DNA of 56,406 bases, filler included, from Jimgerdemannia flammicorona (Eukaryota): the NCBI GenBank assembly GCA_003990765.1. It is 3 parts of 3 records of this genome, joined end to end, with 100 filler letters (N's around TTAATTAATTAA, not from the genome) between each part and the next. Parts side by side here need not be neighbours in the genome. Positions count along the whole stretch, not along the records: positions 18,841 to 37,580 come from RBNJ01002123.1; positions 37,681 to 56,406 come from RBNJ01002124.1; 1 more part is not named here. One strand, 5' to 3'. Position 1 is the stretch's first letter. Each line of letters opens with the position of its first letter. The translations under genes and the position numbers were made by a program. Positions 24,190-37,758 of the stretch are shown in pieces. The notes beneath the pieces were generated by a model, which made no database searches, was not told the DNA's origin, and was given only the letters and a program-made list of their open reading frames with translations.

Positions 24190-27100
24190 AAAAGCAAGAG
24201 AAATAAAGGATTTCCGTTTGAGATTGCTAAGGTGCAATTTTAGCGGCGCTGTTTTTGCGTATATCTAAATTGTGGCGCAGTCTCAAAATGTCAAAGTTGA
24301 AGGTAATTAATTACGTGTTGTGGATCGGTAGGGTAGGGATAGCACGTTAGCAACTAGGCAATCCATTCTTAACATATATGCAATTCTTTACATTCACGCA
24401 ACTTCAAGTTCTGCGCTCAATCCGTCAATTCACGGTTTTCTGCACCCATCCGCCTCCCGTCTTGTACACTTCCAGTAGGGTTCTTCGAACTGACCGATAC
24501 AACGCATTCGAGACAAGCATTCCTCATGCATGCATTCGCCCAATAATAATTACACATATATGTTATCGAGTAGTGAGGCGGTGATTTATTGTTCGCGACA
24601 GATACAGCAAGGTTGTGAGATCAATGTTTAATGCATGCAATACGATTCTACGAAATAGGAAATCTATTTCGTATATTTCGCTGCCCCTCTGTCCGCATTC
24701 AAGAGAGAGCGATGACAATGTCAGCGGGGTCGGCGAGGTCGCCGAACTTATTATGTAAATTGCATACATGAACAATGTTGTTTATTTTTTACCGTACTTG
24801 TCCCTTCGCGCCATAATATAATATATTACAGTGAAAATTAAAACGATGAATGTGCGGGTTTATAGATATGACTCTGCTGGTTGTTGAAAATTGAATTAAT
24901 AAGCAAGAAATAGCATTTTCGAGGCTTCCCTCGCCACTCATTACGCCCGTAATTAAGGACTTCAATGGCCAAACACATTGACTTAAAAATATAGTGTTGG
25001 CCGGGCATAATTTGCGCTAGACAATAACCCGTGCGAATAGTGATCGTTACACTAGTTGGTGAAAGTACATAGGAGATACACAACGACTAAAAACGTTTCG
25101 GTAATTGAGAAAAATGACATGCACTTCATGTTAATAAGGAAGGATGCAGTAATTTGTCAGAGAAAGTCGGATTTTTTGTAATGCTTCTGCTAATAAATTC
25201 CTGTCGAGCCTGAAAATGACCTGTCGAAAGGACTCCTTGACTACACCCTTCTTGCCAATCCCCTCACTCTAGTCTGATAAGCCTTTATTATCTTAACGAA
25301 CAATCCCGTTCATACTGCCTTTTTATTAAAACTATATCCCACGTAAGAACGTCACGTAATTATACAATGTACATGGTGTTCTAAGGTTTCCGATTCCTCG
25401 CGCTATTGATAAATTGGACGCGGCAACCAAACACGTGCCTATGCATATTGTAATTGAGCCTAGCACAAATTCCTGCCCCTTCCTCAAACAAAAAATCCTT
25501 AAACTCACCAAGATTGGTATTATAACATCAATAGTTGAGATCTATCCTTATCTGAAAATTAATATATAATATTACTACATAAAAATAAAGTACTACTAGT
25601 ATTTTATAGTTTATATATTGTGTAGCATATATTATTCAAGATAAGTATTATTGTAAGTTATATTTAGCAGTATATAGCTAGAAAACATAACAATTATTTA
25701 TATAAATATATACTACACCATTTGTTAATAGAATAAAATAGTATCAAATAGTATATTATAAAATATAATATTTTATTAAGTATTATTGAGTATTTATATT
25801 ATATATTCTGAAATATATATTATAATATAATGGCTCAATAGAGGCAAATTACAAGATAGAGCAGCTTTACAAGTTGGCTTGAGCACTCAGTTACTTTGTC
25901 AAAAAGTAACAAAATATTCTATTTCTAAAAGTGTGAGTTCTCTAGTTTGTATAATATAGATAATTTTAGTAACTTTTTAAATAATATAGATTCTAAGTAA
26001 TATAGCAAATTTAGTAAATTTCTTTAATTTGGCAGCTAAGCTCTTTCCTTGAACTTCAGTAGCAAATCTTCAGACTTTATCTAGTAAGTGGACCAAAATA
26101 TGATAGACTTCTCTTCAGGTTTAATTTGATAAGCAGATTAAAATTAGTAGACTTCTTTATATTAGAAAGTAGACTAGAGTAGAAAAAGAATAAAGCTTAC
26201 AATTTTTTGAAAGTAGCTCATTGGCTGAAATATCTCCTAAGTATTGTAATTCTTTCTAGATTAAGTAACTTTTAGTAGGTATTTCTTCTAAATATATCAA
26301 ATAATTAGCTTTTGTTATTTTTTTTTTTGACTTTTAAACTAAGGTTTATTTACTCAAATCTCTGGAGTATTCTATATAAGTGTGGTTGCTATCTGGTTAC
26401 TAGCTGAGTAATTATAGAGTATACAGTAAAGCTAATTTAAAGAAGATATAATAAATTATTTTTTTTGAAAAACAGATATTCCCTTAAGAGAGAAAGTATT
26501 CTCTCTGAGAATAATTATTCTCTTAGAAGATAGCTTATTCTAATTTGATATATTTAGTTATTTATATAAATTATAGTATATATAAGTAACTATATATAGA
26601 GTAATTATACTCTATATTCTATATATATAATCTAACTATACTATAGTATTTACTCATTATATTAGTCTCTACTAAAAGATAGTCTGTTTCAGACTATTTT
26701 TTAATCATCATTCTAATATCTATATATATTCTTTATATCTATACTTATATTATTATCTTCTTTTATATATAGATTACTCTATTTTAAAGCCTTTTCTTTT
26801 TTTTCAAAGAATAGAATTTCAATATTACTGATGATACTTTGGTAAGTAAACAGATTCATCCTTTATATACTATTTAGAGAAAACTGAGTCTGCATCAGTA
26901 CTATATTATTTTACTTATAGATTATATAGAGTCTATCAGTAGTAGTGATATATTTTTATAATAAACCAGTAGTATGTATTTCTGATAAATATCTGCTCTG
27001 AGACTGAAAGATCTTATAATTATTTATAAATAATATAATAAGTCTATAGTAGTAGATCTGTAATAATCTGAACTATAGTGAGATTCTCTTAGTATATATA

Positions 27101-30100
27101 TCTAAATCTATTGAAGATAGCTTTTATTAATTTTATAAAACTGAGATAGAGAGATAGATAGAGCCTAAAAGGAGCTGAGAATAAGGATCTAGAGATACTG
27201 ATCAATTCTCTAGATTATTGTAATAGATATATCTTAAGTCAGTTGATAAATATATATTGAGATTCTTAGAATATATATATCTATCTATATTTCTTATATA
27301 GATACTTATTCCCCTAATATTATATATATATAAGGTAAGATCCTTTCCATTTTAGTTCTAGCTTAATAGTGAAATTGATTCTCTAATTTTAATCTTTTAA
27401 TCTTTTTACTTTTAGTTATAGAACTTCTTTTATCTTTTCTAGATCTTAATTATCTGGTCTTATATTTGGTTTTATAATTATTCTACTTTATTCAGAAATT
27501 CTGATTTTCTTGATAAATATTTTATTTTAATAGTTTTTATTTAGTAGAGACTATAGAGGTATTTCAAATTTCTATAAGATCTCAAATAAGTAGAGATCTT
27601 AATAGAATTAACTTAAGTAAGTTTATTTTTGATAGTCTGATTTATTCATTCTATTATTTTATTTATCTAAGAGTAGTAGAATATAGTTCTTTTTAGATAA
27701 ATTCTATAGATTTATATATAAGTTATAACTAACTTATTAATAAACTCTATTCTATAGTCTGAGATAAGTTCTTTTAGAGATCTATATTAGAGCAGTGATC
27801 TTTCTCAGCTACTGCTCAGATTATATAACAAATTCTCAATACTTTCAATATAGTTTTCTAAAGAAATATACTGGCAACATATTATTAACTCAAAATTTTG
27901 AGAAGTGTGCTGAATAGAAGAGCTCTAGTACATTTAACTAGTAGTATATAGAGAGTGGACCCAGTATAGGAGAGAGCTCTATGGGCCCTTATGAGGGTAG
28001 AGAAAGGACTAGAGATAGAGAAAAGTTGAGAGGAGAGAAGCTGAGAATAGAGAGGATGAGCTTTGCCAATAAGATTAAGATGGGGGAGATATCTCTAGAG
28101 CTGAATAGATGGCTGTAAGAAGGGAAGAAGAAGGCATTAGCTGTGGGGTCTAAAGGAGTTGCTCTGAGAGGTCAGAGTAGTAGAGCTTAGAGAGTAGTAG
28201 CTGGAGAGAAGAGAGAGACTACTAATGAGAGTATAATAGCTAATTTGGAAAAAAAAAATTCAAATATAACAGCTGATAGAAAAGCTGAGCTAAGAGATAG
28301 TATATAGCTCAGATATCTAGTAAACAATATAATAGATCTAGTAGTAATACTATTACTTAAGAAATTAATTTCAGAATTTATAGTCATATTATACTTCTAG
28401 AATCTGACAATTATGACAAAATTAATTCTGGGACTACTGACTCATTAGGTAAAGAAGCTCATATCAGTGAAGTTTCTATAAGAGCTGAAGAGAGTGAAAG
28501 TGGGTTTTGAGAAGAAGGAGCTCATACTAGAGATACTAGAGAAGAGGAGATATTTGAGATAGGACTTTAGGTGATCTAACTAGTAGTGACTAATATTTCT
28601 ATAGTGAGAAGAGAGGAGATAAGAAAGCTGATTATAGATATAGTAAAAGAGTATAAAGATATAGTAGATATCAGCTTCTGGATATAAGAAGGAATAGAGT
28701 TCAGAACTAGTAATATAGATATATATCAGAGTGAGACTTATTAGAAGAGAGAATATAGAGAAGATACAAAACTGATCAGTATATTGAAGTGAAGCTCTGT
28801 TAAGTATAAGATATTGAGAGTAAAGGAGATCCTAGTAGAGGAGGAGAATTTGCTAGAGACTCTAGAGGATCTAGGAAAGCTAGTAGAGTAGTACTAAGTA
28901 GCTTAAAAAGAGTATAAGACTAGTATAGTAGTGAAAAGTATTAATGGCAAAAGGGTGTAACTGGACTGAGCTATGTGAGAGAAGGCTCAGGAGAGGCAGA
29001 GGTAGAAGAATATCTTAGTAGACCTAAATGGGGGGCTAAAGATTACTGTAGGTCCTAGGAATATAGGAACAATAGTCAGTATCTAGACTAGAGAGAAGAT
29101 GAAGCCAGAGAATGATTGTCTGGTAGAGATGGCAGCCTAGAAGAGGAGTACTATTATTGAAAGAGACTAGATAGAGGTGGTAGCATCTATTATATATGAG
29201 ATCCTAAATATAGTTCTGGAGCTTGAGTTATAAAATATACTTAAGAAGAACTGAGATGAGTCAATAGGAATAAGTACAGTAGAGGGGCTGCAGTTAGAAG
29301 AGCAGATAGTAGATCTTAAAAAGAAGAGAGTTAGCAGTAAATAGTAGCTCTAGAAGATATTAACTAATATAGTAGTTAATGAGTTGGGGGAGATCAACTT
29401 CAGAGTAATCAGTTAGATATACTAGAGGACTATTATGAGAGATGAAGAGGTAGTATATAGTATATCTGTAGAGGTTAAGGAAGAGTTTGGTAAAATAGCA
29501 GATAGTGTGTAAGAAATATCAGATATCAATAGAGAAGTAGGATGGAGTGGATCATCTGAAGGTACTGGTGGCTCTAAATGTTCAGCAGGAGGTACTGATA
29601 ACTCTAGATACTTAGTAAGAGATAGTAGATAAACTGGAGGTAGAGAGAAACTTAAATATAGCTGAAGATAAAGTGAGTATAGATCTATAAAGCAGTTGGT
29701 TTTCTCATATATATTATTTTCTTATAAACAGTATATATAACCAGAATATTCTCTTTGAATATCAATAGGTTTAGGAGAGTAGTAAGAAGAAGAAATATAT
29801 TTTTTTTGACTAAAAGAGCTGAAAGCAGATCTGTTTCTACTATAGAACATGGGGGAAGATGGAGACTTAGATATATAGAATTGGTCTCTGAAATAGAGAG
29901 GAGTGGCAGTATAGTAGAGCAAGGTGGGCTTGCTTATTCATTAAGTAAAAGAAGATATTGAGGGTCAGACATTGGGGAGAGAGACTGGTATAAAGAACTT
30001 AGAGAAGGTAGGAATGAGATCTGATTCTACTACTATCTTGCAGAAAGGAGGACTTATATGGATTTGATTACTAGACTGTAAAAGTCAGATGAGCTAATTA

Positions 30101-30659
30101 TAGTAGAAGTCAACTATCTGGGAAGAGACTTCAATATTGTTTATAATGAAAGAGTAGATAGGACAAATAGTGAAAAAGGACTATCAGAGAGGAGTAGTGG
30201 CCTGAATAGCTAAGAGGAAATCAAATGACTTAGCTTTCTAGTAGATGTAAACAGATAGGAATAGAGAGATTATCAGATATTTATATATTAGATAGTGTTA
30301 CATAGTGGTCGCTGAGTCCTTCAAATACACCAGATTCTCTTCAAGGTATATCTCTTAGACTAACTCAAGTTTGTTATAAGCAAGTTCTTATTAGAGTGCC
30401 TTCCCAAGGTCTTATAGTCCTCAAACTTCTTATCTTTAACTGTCTTATTATCTCTTAGATTTCTTGCAAGAAAGTGTATGTATTGCACTGAGTTAAACTG
30501 ACTTTATTTCAGAGGAAATAAGAGGGGTATTTATACAAAATATAATTCAATGGTTGCTAAGATATAAAGCTAAATATAGATTCCAATAACTAAAATAAAA
30601 TGCCAGAACAGAAAAAACTGCTAAGTTCCAGAGTCAGTACTGATGGTTATATAGGTTCA

Positions 30660-30790
30660 GGATGCTGGTATAATTCAGTATTATATCAGAATACTGGTGC
30701 TAGTATTATTCAATATTACATCAAAATGCCAGTGCTAGCATTATTCGGTGTTACATCAAAATGCTAGTATTGGTATTATTCAGTGTAACC
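30660..30790. repeat. ~35-bp tandem repeat (about 3.5 copies) between the ORF stop and TATA box of LTR C
   Basis: gtgctagcattattcggtgttacatcaaaatgcca-like units. Confidence 0.8.
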
Positions 30791-30797
30791 AAGGGAC

Positions 30798-31613
30798 TTA
30801 GAGCAGAATGTTCAAGACCATAGAGGCTTCATCATCAGAGGTCAGGATGTCTTTGAAGGAGATGAGGTCCATGAATTCATCATCATCATCATATAGGTTG
30901 TGCATTTCGCATATGTCACACAGGATGACATCATTGCTAATGACATCATCACGTTTGGTGGTGGGGAAATCAGGGGCTCTCTAATCTATGAGGTTCTCTT
31001 CTACAAAATAGGGGATAAATGTGGGGTCTTGAAGAGGTATAACCTGGATGCTTGGACCTTAGAATACTGAGATCAATCCTTGTAGGAATTGGTCTGAATT
31101 GTCCTGAAGGATAGGATGCCAGAAGTCTTCTACTTCATCACTATTGAGAGTGATAGTGGACTGGGCTTCTGTAGCTACTCTGGCTTCTAGTGCATTGATA
31201 CAGTGAGATGACAGGTCTCTGAAGTCTGAGACTCTAACATACTCCAAGTTAGGGATCAACCATAGTGTATATCTGAAGATCTGATGAATCTTCTTAGCTG
31301 TCCTTGCCTTGCATATATCCATAGAAGTGGTGTCTTGTAGCTCTTGAAGACTGGCCTGTGGAAACTCCTGGCAGAGGAGGTTTCCTATTTTGTACTCTTG
31401 CTATATTTGGAGGAATTCAGTAGCAATGGTGATCCTTGTTTCCATTTCACGGTGGTAGAGGATATAGTGATAAGGGTCACTAATACTCAGGTTGACACTA
31501 GAAGTCCTTTTTGAGTGGATCCTCATGGCTCTTCTGATGTCTTGGAACATCCTTTCTTCAACTGAGATGCCTTGGTGGTTCCTTGACCTTGAGGTTTGGC
31601 AGGTGGCAGGCAT
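30798..31613 (-). pseudogene. LTR-encoded unknown protein (family C), 272 codons, single frame with 3 internal stops
   Basis: MPATCQTSRSRN..MFQDIRRAM..D.YHYI..I*QEYKIGNLL..AKKIHQIFRYTLWLIPNLEYV..DLSS..LEARVA, then an acidic tail. Stops (TAG/TAA) are explicable by C>T/G>A. Confidence 0.75.
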
Positions 31614-33360
31614 TTCATTTATAGTAAGTCTTTGAGCTATTTTGGGATTAGTGGAGCTTACTGGTTGCTACTACTGTGGTTTCTTGATCTTTTTTTTATA
31701 TTCTCCAAGATACTATACTGTGGTCACAATGACTCACAGTTGGTCATCATTGCTCATCTTATATGCTATATAATCTTCTTGTACTCTGATCTGATGGCTT
31801 GTAAGGAAAGACTGTCTTCCATACTGATGTTATCATTCTGGGATCACCATTATAGTAGATAGACTTAATTTGTGAATTGACTGGGTCCTGACTGCTGAGT
31901 GCTGGAGGGGTAATATCTAAAAATTAAATAGTACCTCTGGTTAGATCATTGAGACCTCCTGAGATATGAGAAATTTGGAGAGAGTGGTGAGAAATCTGAG
32001 TATTAATATCTAAATTATGTACAAACTATTGTAGCAGAGTTTAGAAGAAGAGAAGAGACTGATGGAGTTTCATCAAGGCTTCTTTAGGTAAGAAGAGTAT
32101 ATTAGCACTAGAATGAGATATTGGATAAAGAGGGGGAGATGGTAGTAAGGATTTTGAGTATCTTGGACCAGCTGAGTAAGAGGTGAGAGTCACTATAGAG
32201 TGAGAAGGAGAGAGGTGAGAATTCACAGTCAATTGAGTACAATCTGGAGGATTGATATCTAACTCTAGTAGAGGAGCTGGCTGAGTTGGAAGATTGGGTT
32301 CAGAGAGAGAAGATTATTAAGATCTTAGTAAGAGTTAGTCTTGAGATAGCCCACAGAGAGGATGAACTACCCTGAGACTTCTGGAAATAAATAGCAGAAG
32401 TTGAGGTAGTCCTGGAAGAGCTCTGGCTGAGGTATAATGAGGTCATTATCTCTAAAGAGTGGTTAAAAGACCAATGCTTAGAGCTAGTGACTCTGCTATT
32501 TAATGATAAGAAGCAAAGAGAGAAGTAAAAGAACTGGTGATCAATTATATTACTAGACATAGATCAAAAGCTAGTCATAAAGATCATTGTAGTATAGCTG
32601 CAAGATATGATCCAGAGAGTGCTAAGTGAGGAACAATAGAGCTTTATTGGAGACCAGCTGATTCAGAATATGACTATCTGGATCTATAGTATTATTAAAG
32701 AGACCAGAGTAGTAGAGATGAATTAATGGCTAGTTTTTTATAACTAAGAGAAGATATACATACAACCAGGTATAGAGAGTATACCGAAATGTATTAGCAT
32801 TCCTCTGAACTTTTGATAGTTCTTAGTTAGTCTGTTAGAGGGGAGTAGGATGACTATCTTAATTAATGGATACTGGGGGATATCTTTCCCTTTGGGGAGA
32901 GGTGTGTTGCAGAGTTATTCATTGTAACCTATTCTCTATACCCTCTCTTTAGAACTCTTGCTGGACTGAATTAGAAGGTGAAAGCCTTTACAGATAATAT
33001 GGTAGTTAGGCTGAGCTCTGTAGAGAATATGACTATACTGAAGAAAGTAGTAGAGTAGTATTACAAGTACTCTAAAACCAAACTCAACTAGTATTAATAT
33101 GAGACCTTAGTGCTCATGGTGGAGTAAAGGAGAGAATGTGATTAGAACAATTGTTCTAATAGGAGAGACAGTTCAATATCTGGAAATTTTCTATATAACT
33201 CATTATTGCCCAGGGCTTAGTAGAAGTAGAAGCTAATAGAGTAGAGAAATACTCTTCTGGGCTGGAGAGGCCACAATATTTTATTGGTAGAAAGGATTAT
33301 AATACTAAATATATACTGATTGCTAAAGCTATAGTATCTGAGATGTTATCTTGACTTCTC

Positions 33361-36300
33361 TTTTTTTTTTTTTCACTTTATTATTTATTACAATCTATTA
33401 AATATAATTATATTCCCCCCTTCTACTATCCAATCCCCCTAAGAGACCCACTCCTCACACCCTCATACTTGAATACTACCTTGTCTCTCACTACTTCAAC
33501 TCTCCCCTCACTCTGCCAATAAATTTTCTCCACCAATTGATACTGCCAACCCCCCAGCAGATCCCATTCCAGCCACTAACCTGTCAAGACATCCTCCATC
33601 AACCATTCTTACCTCAACAGCTACTTCCCTAAGTCTAAATATTTTTCTTCCTCAAAGACAAACAATCAGTAATCTGCTAGCCCTACTTATATAGCCAATA
33701 TCTAATCCAAAGTAAGTCACTTCTTCCCAATCCCCTCTACCAATCTATCCTTCAGATCCTTCCATTAACCCCTCTCATCATCCCTCATTCACACAATATC
33801 TAATCTATTCTCAACTACTAATCAAACATCACCAAGTATCTTGCACTCTTCTAGCCAATGTTCTGACATCTATACAAACCCCCCTTCCTGCCCTACATTA
33901 TAGCACTTCTCACAGTCAAAGCTCCCCCCCTCCACAAGGTGGCCTGAGTAAAAGTTGAGTATGATATTCCTTTGTAGCATATGCCATCAGACCACTTAGT
34001 ACTTAGGTAGTAACTATTACCTCATCTCCATACTCTAGGCCCAGACTTTATTCTAGTTCTACTCTTCTCCAATATCTGCTACCTATTAACTATCAGGCTA
34101 TACATCCTGTCCCAACTCCCTTTGGTACTCAACCTCATTACCAATATTGAAGTCTAAGAGAGAGGTACCTCATAGCAATACTCTGTTCCATCTTCACATC
34201 ACCAGGCCCTAAGACCTCTCTCCTTCATCTCTCTGCCAGCAAATTCCAATATAGTGAGTCCCATCAACTACTCCCCACCAGAAGTTCTTATACCACATAT
34301 GCCCACTATTTTGAAGTTCAACTAAGAATAGTAGATCTCTGGTAGAGCCTCTTGGTAAGTATCTCATCTCTCAGACCTTCTTTATTAGAGGAATCTAGCT
34401 ACTACCCCTCAGTTCCACCACTCTCTTCAGCTACTATACTCTCAAACAATACAGCCTCTTTGGGATGTCAACCAGCCCAAGACCTCTTCTAGTCACCAGT
34501 AATAACAAGATTTCCCATCTAGTCTGACTCCTCTGCCCAGCCCAGATTGAATGTTTAGCTATCTTCAATAGCCTCTTCACTCCCCAGGCCAGAAAATCCA
34601 GATGATATATTAGATACCATAACTTAGACAGCTAGTAGATATTCAAAATTGTAATACACCCTACCAAAGATATATGGTGGCCTCCCCAACTCTACAGGGC
34701 CTCCCCCCAGATAGCCACTCACTACTCTCACCAAGGTCTCAACAAGACAGAGCCATATACTGAAAGATAGATGTCCAAGTACCTTACAGCCTCTTCAGTA
34801 GAGACAATTGTTCCAATGATATCCCCTCCTACTAGGTTATTGCCTAATACTATTGTTTCATACTTATACTAGTTAAGTTTAGTCCCAGAGTGTATCTCAT
34901 ACTACTCCACTATTTCTTAGAGCTCTGCAACATCTGTAATCAATCTCAGACCAACCATTATATCATCTACAAAGGCTTCAATTTTCCACACAATACTAAA
35001 TACTGAGAGCCCCACTATTTTCTACTAGATCCTATCCATCAATAGCTCCAAGGACAGAGTATACAGAATAGAAGACAGTGAGTCCCCCTGGGGAACACCT
35101 CTACACAGAGAGAATGCTACTCTGTTATATCTATTATATATAAGTACTGCTCTACTCTCTTCTAGCAGGCTGATCATTAACTCTTGGAACTACTGAGAGA
35201 TACCAATCTTATCCAGTATCTTTACTAGCCAGATCTGCCAAACATAGTCATATACTTTCTCTTAATCCAAGAAGACCAATCTCCCATCTAGTCCACAAGC
35301 TTGAGTCTCTTCAATATTACCATATACCCAGACCATGCCATCTCTAATTAGCCAGCCCTCTATAAAACTTCACTGCTCCTCTCCTAAGACTTGCTGGGCC
35401 ACCTTCCATAGCCTTGCCACCACTACCTTAGTGACCAACTTTCTGTTCATATCTAGTAGCATAATCAGCTACCAGTTCTTTCAGTCCTCCCTCCTGCTCT
35501 TATTCTTAAAAAGCAGTACCACCAGCCCTAGATCCTGCTCACCCACCCATCTTTCCAATTGCAATATCAGGTCACAAAGTGCCATCAACTCTCCCAGTAC
35601 TCCAGAGACTTTCACCATCTTCTGCCAAAAGTCCCAGGGCAAACCATCCTCTTCCAGTACTATATCTGGCAACCACCTCTAGCTTTGCCCACATTACCCT
35701 CCAGTTCTCTACTCCCTTTAGAGTCAAAAGCTCTGCCCAATCTTCCAGAAGTCCAACCAATCTAGATAGCCCAGGTTACCCTTCTCCTCCTCTGCCTTCC
35801 TGCTACCTTACTAACTATACTTCAGTAAACCTTAGCAGCCTTTTTCAATTATATCTTATTGGACACCAACTAACATACACTCCTATATCTAACTCTCCAA
35901 CCTCTGCCAAATATCCTCTGCTCACCTATCTCACAATATCTTCTCAGCTAACAAAGAGTAATTGAGATACCAATGTTCTAGCCAATTCTTACTCCCCCCA
36001 AAGTAACCCTGCTCCAACAGCCCTCAGTGATCAGACTATGGACTCCACTCAGTATTCAGTAACTTTCAAACATCCAAACCCCAGCAGTCTGCCATCAGTA
36101 TTCAGTCAATCTTTATCTCCAGACCATTTGTTCAGTGTGTGTAAACTCTCCTATCTCTCCAGAACCTCCTGCCAGTATCCATCAGTGAGCTCAGTCTCTC
36201 TACTTCCTCCTACAACTCCAGACCCCTACTTCTGCCCTCAGCCCTCTGCCCTCTATCCATTCTATCTACCAGCACATCTTGTATCATATTAAAGTCCTCT

Positions 36301-37488
36301 CCATGAATATCCACTCTTGTCTCTGCAAGGGTCCCACTCTTCTAGAGTCTCTTTACCTAATCTACTCTCTCACTGTAGATAGTAGAGCAGTAGTAGGACC
36401 TCACCGTAACTGGCTCCCAGCCTGGTTGAATTTATTCTCCCCAGATCAGCCTGTCTTCCCAGCTTCTTATATCTCATATCTCCCCTCTGTCTCTTCAGAC
36501 CAAGATCTCTACCTTACCCTTCCAAACTACTATATCTCTCCATTTTATCATTCATTGTAGTTTATCCAAGTCATCTTCATATCTAACATTCTGTAAAAGA
36601 AAGAGATCAGCCTCTAAGCTCTTCAGTCAAGTTAAAATGTTTTAACACCTAACTGAATCCCACAGCCCATTTACATTTAAAGAAAAAATGTTGGTTATAC
36701 TATTCATAAGGAATAATGTTAAGATTTATATATATCCTCTACAACTCTACATTCATCTCATCCTGAGCTAAGTCCAAGTTATATTCTATAGCCACCTCCT
36801 CCTCTTCCACTCTCTTTGCCTCCAATCTAACCAGAAGTTCAGCTAGTTCTCCAACTTTCTTTTCCTCAAAGTCCTCATGATACTCTAGGCAGATCTCCTA
36901 CCAGAGCTGTAATCTATGATGCTCCACCCACCAGAGGACAGTCCACTCACCAGCAGCAACTGCCAGCTCTGCCTCCATCACCTTATCAATATCATACTCT
37001 TTCTTCTCTAAGAAAACTGTAAGCATCTCTACCTTCAGAGCCTCCACCACTCTGTCACTATATATGATCTATACTCAATAATCATCACTCATCACCCTCA
37101 GGTCCACTTCTCCCAACTCCTCAGCCACCAAGTTGTTCATCATCCTGCACATCTATTGTAGGTTTCCCACTTCCTTCTCACTCAGAGTCATCAGTCTCCC
37201 TTTTTCCAGTATTGAAGTATCTGCCCCTGCACTCACTATCTCATCCTACTCCTCCTCCAGAACATCTACTAGTTTATTCTTACTAACTACCACCACTTAT
37301 CCCACTTTTGCCATCTCAGGAACTCTAAAGTACACTTGCTGGGCACCATGCATTGGTACATCCTCTACCACCCAGCTCCTTATTGCTGGACTCTGCCTGA
37401 TAAGGAGAGAAAGAGTGTCATCCCAGACTTCAAACATACCATCCTCATATAAGTCCTTGCTTAGCACCTTCCTGGTCTCCTCCAGATC

Positions 37489-37492
<4 letters not shown>
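33361..37492 (-). mobile_element. Degenerate L1/Tx1-like LINE in the opposite orientation, with poly(A) tail at 33361-33373
   Basis: Minus-strand remnants DGLPWDFW, LLFKNK..*KNW*LIMLLDMNRKL, GVPQGDSLSSILYTLSLE, EAFVDDIMVG and a C-terminal zinc-finger remnant (CEKC...EHWLEEC). AATAAA precedes the poly(A). Confidence 0.85.
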
Positions 37493-37580
<88 letters not shown>

Positions 37581-37680
37581 NNNNNNNNNNNNNNNNNNNN
37601 NNNNNNNNNNNNNNNNNNNNNNNNTTAATTAATTAANNNNNNNNNNNNNNNNNNNNNNNNNNNNNNNNNNNNNNNNNNNN
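37581..37680. other. Artificial contig spacer N44-TTAATTAATTAA-N44
   Basis: Identical to 18741-18840. Confidence 0.97.

Positions 37681-37758
<78 letters not shown>

Larger units (their letters stand above)
30296..31857 (-). mobile_element. Solo LTR, family C (1562 bp), carrying a U3 ORF
   Basis: Ends TGTTACA ... TATAGTA (deaminated TGTAGCA) with exact 5-bp TSD GATAG (30291-30295 / 31858-31862). The host LINE endonuclease resumes (RIDWV). TATAAATACCCC on the minus strand at 30535-30524, followed by AATAAA. Confidence 0.8.
27940..33360 (+). mobile_element. Degenerate L1/Tx1-like non-LTR retrotransposon (ORF1, AP endonuclease, RT). Interrupted by a solo LTR at 30296-31857 and cut off at 33360 by a second LINE; 5' boundary approximate
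   Basis: Remnant motifs: SLNIN (29750s), GGLA, LGRDFNI (GDFN), RIDWV just after the LTR insertion, LP.DFWK, KNW*SIILLDID, GRGVLQ..L.PILY, AFTDN (FADD). Confidence 0.8.

Noticed and set aside
25560..27900. AT-rich, CpG-free tract, presumably a decayed transposon (similar tracts at 5000-7690 and 53710-54860)
   Set aside because: Too mutated to assign a family or boundaries by eye.
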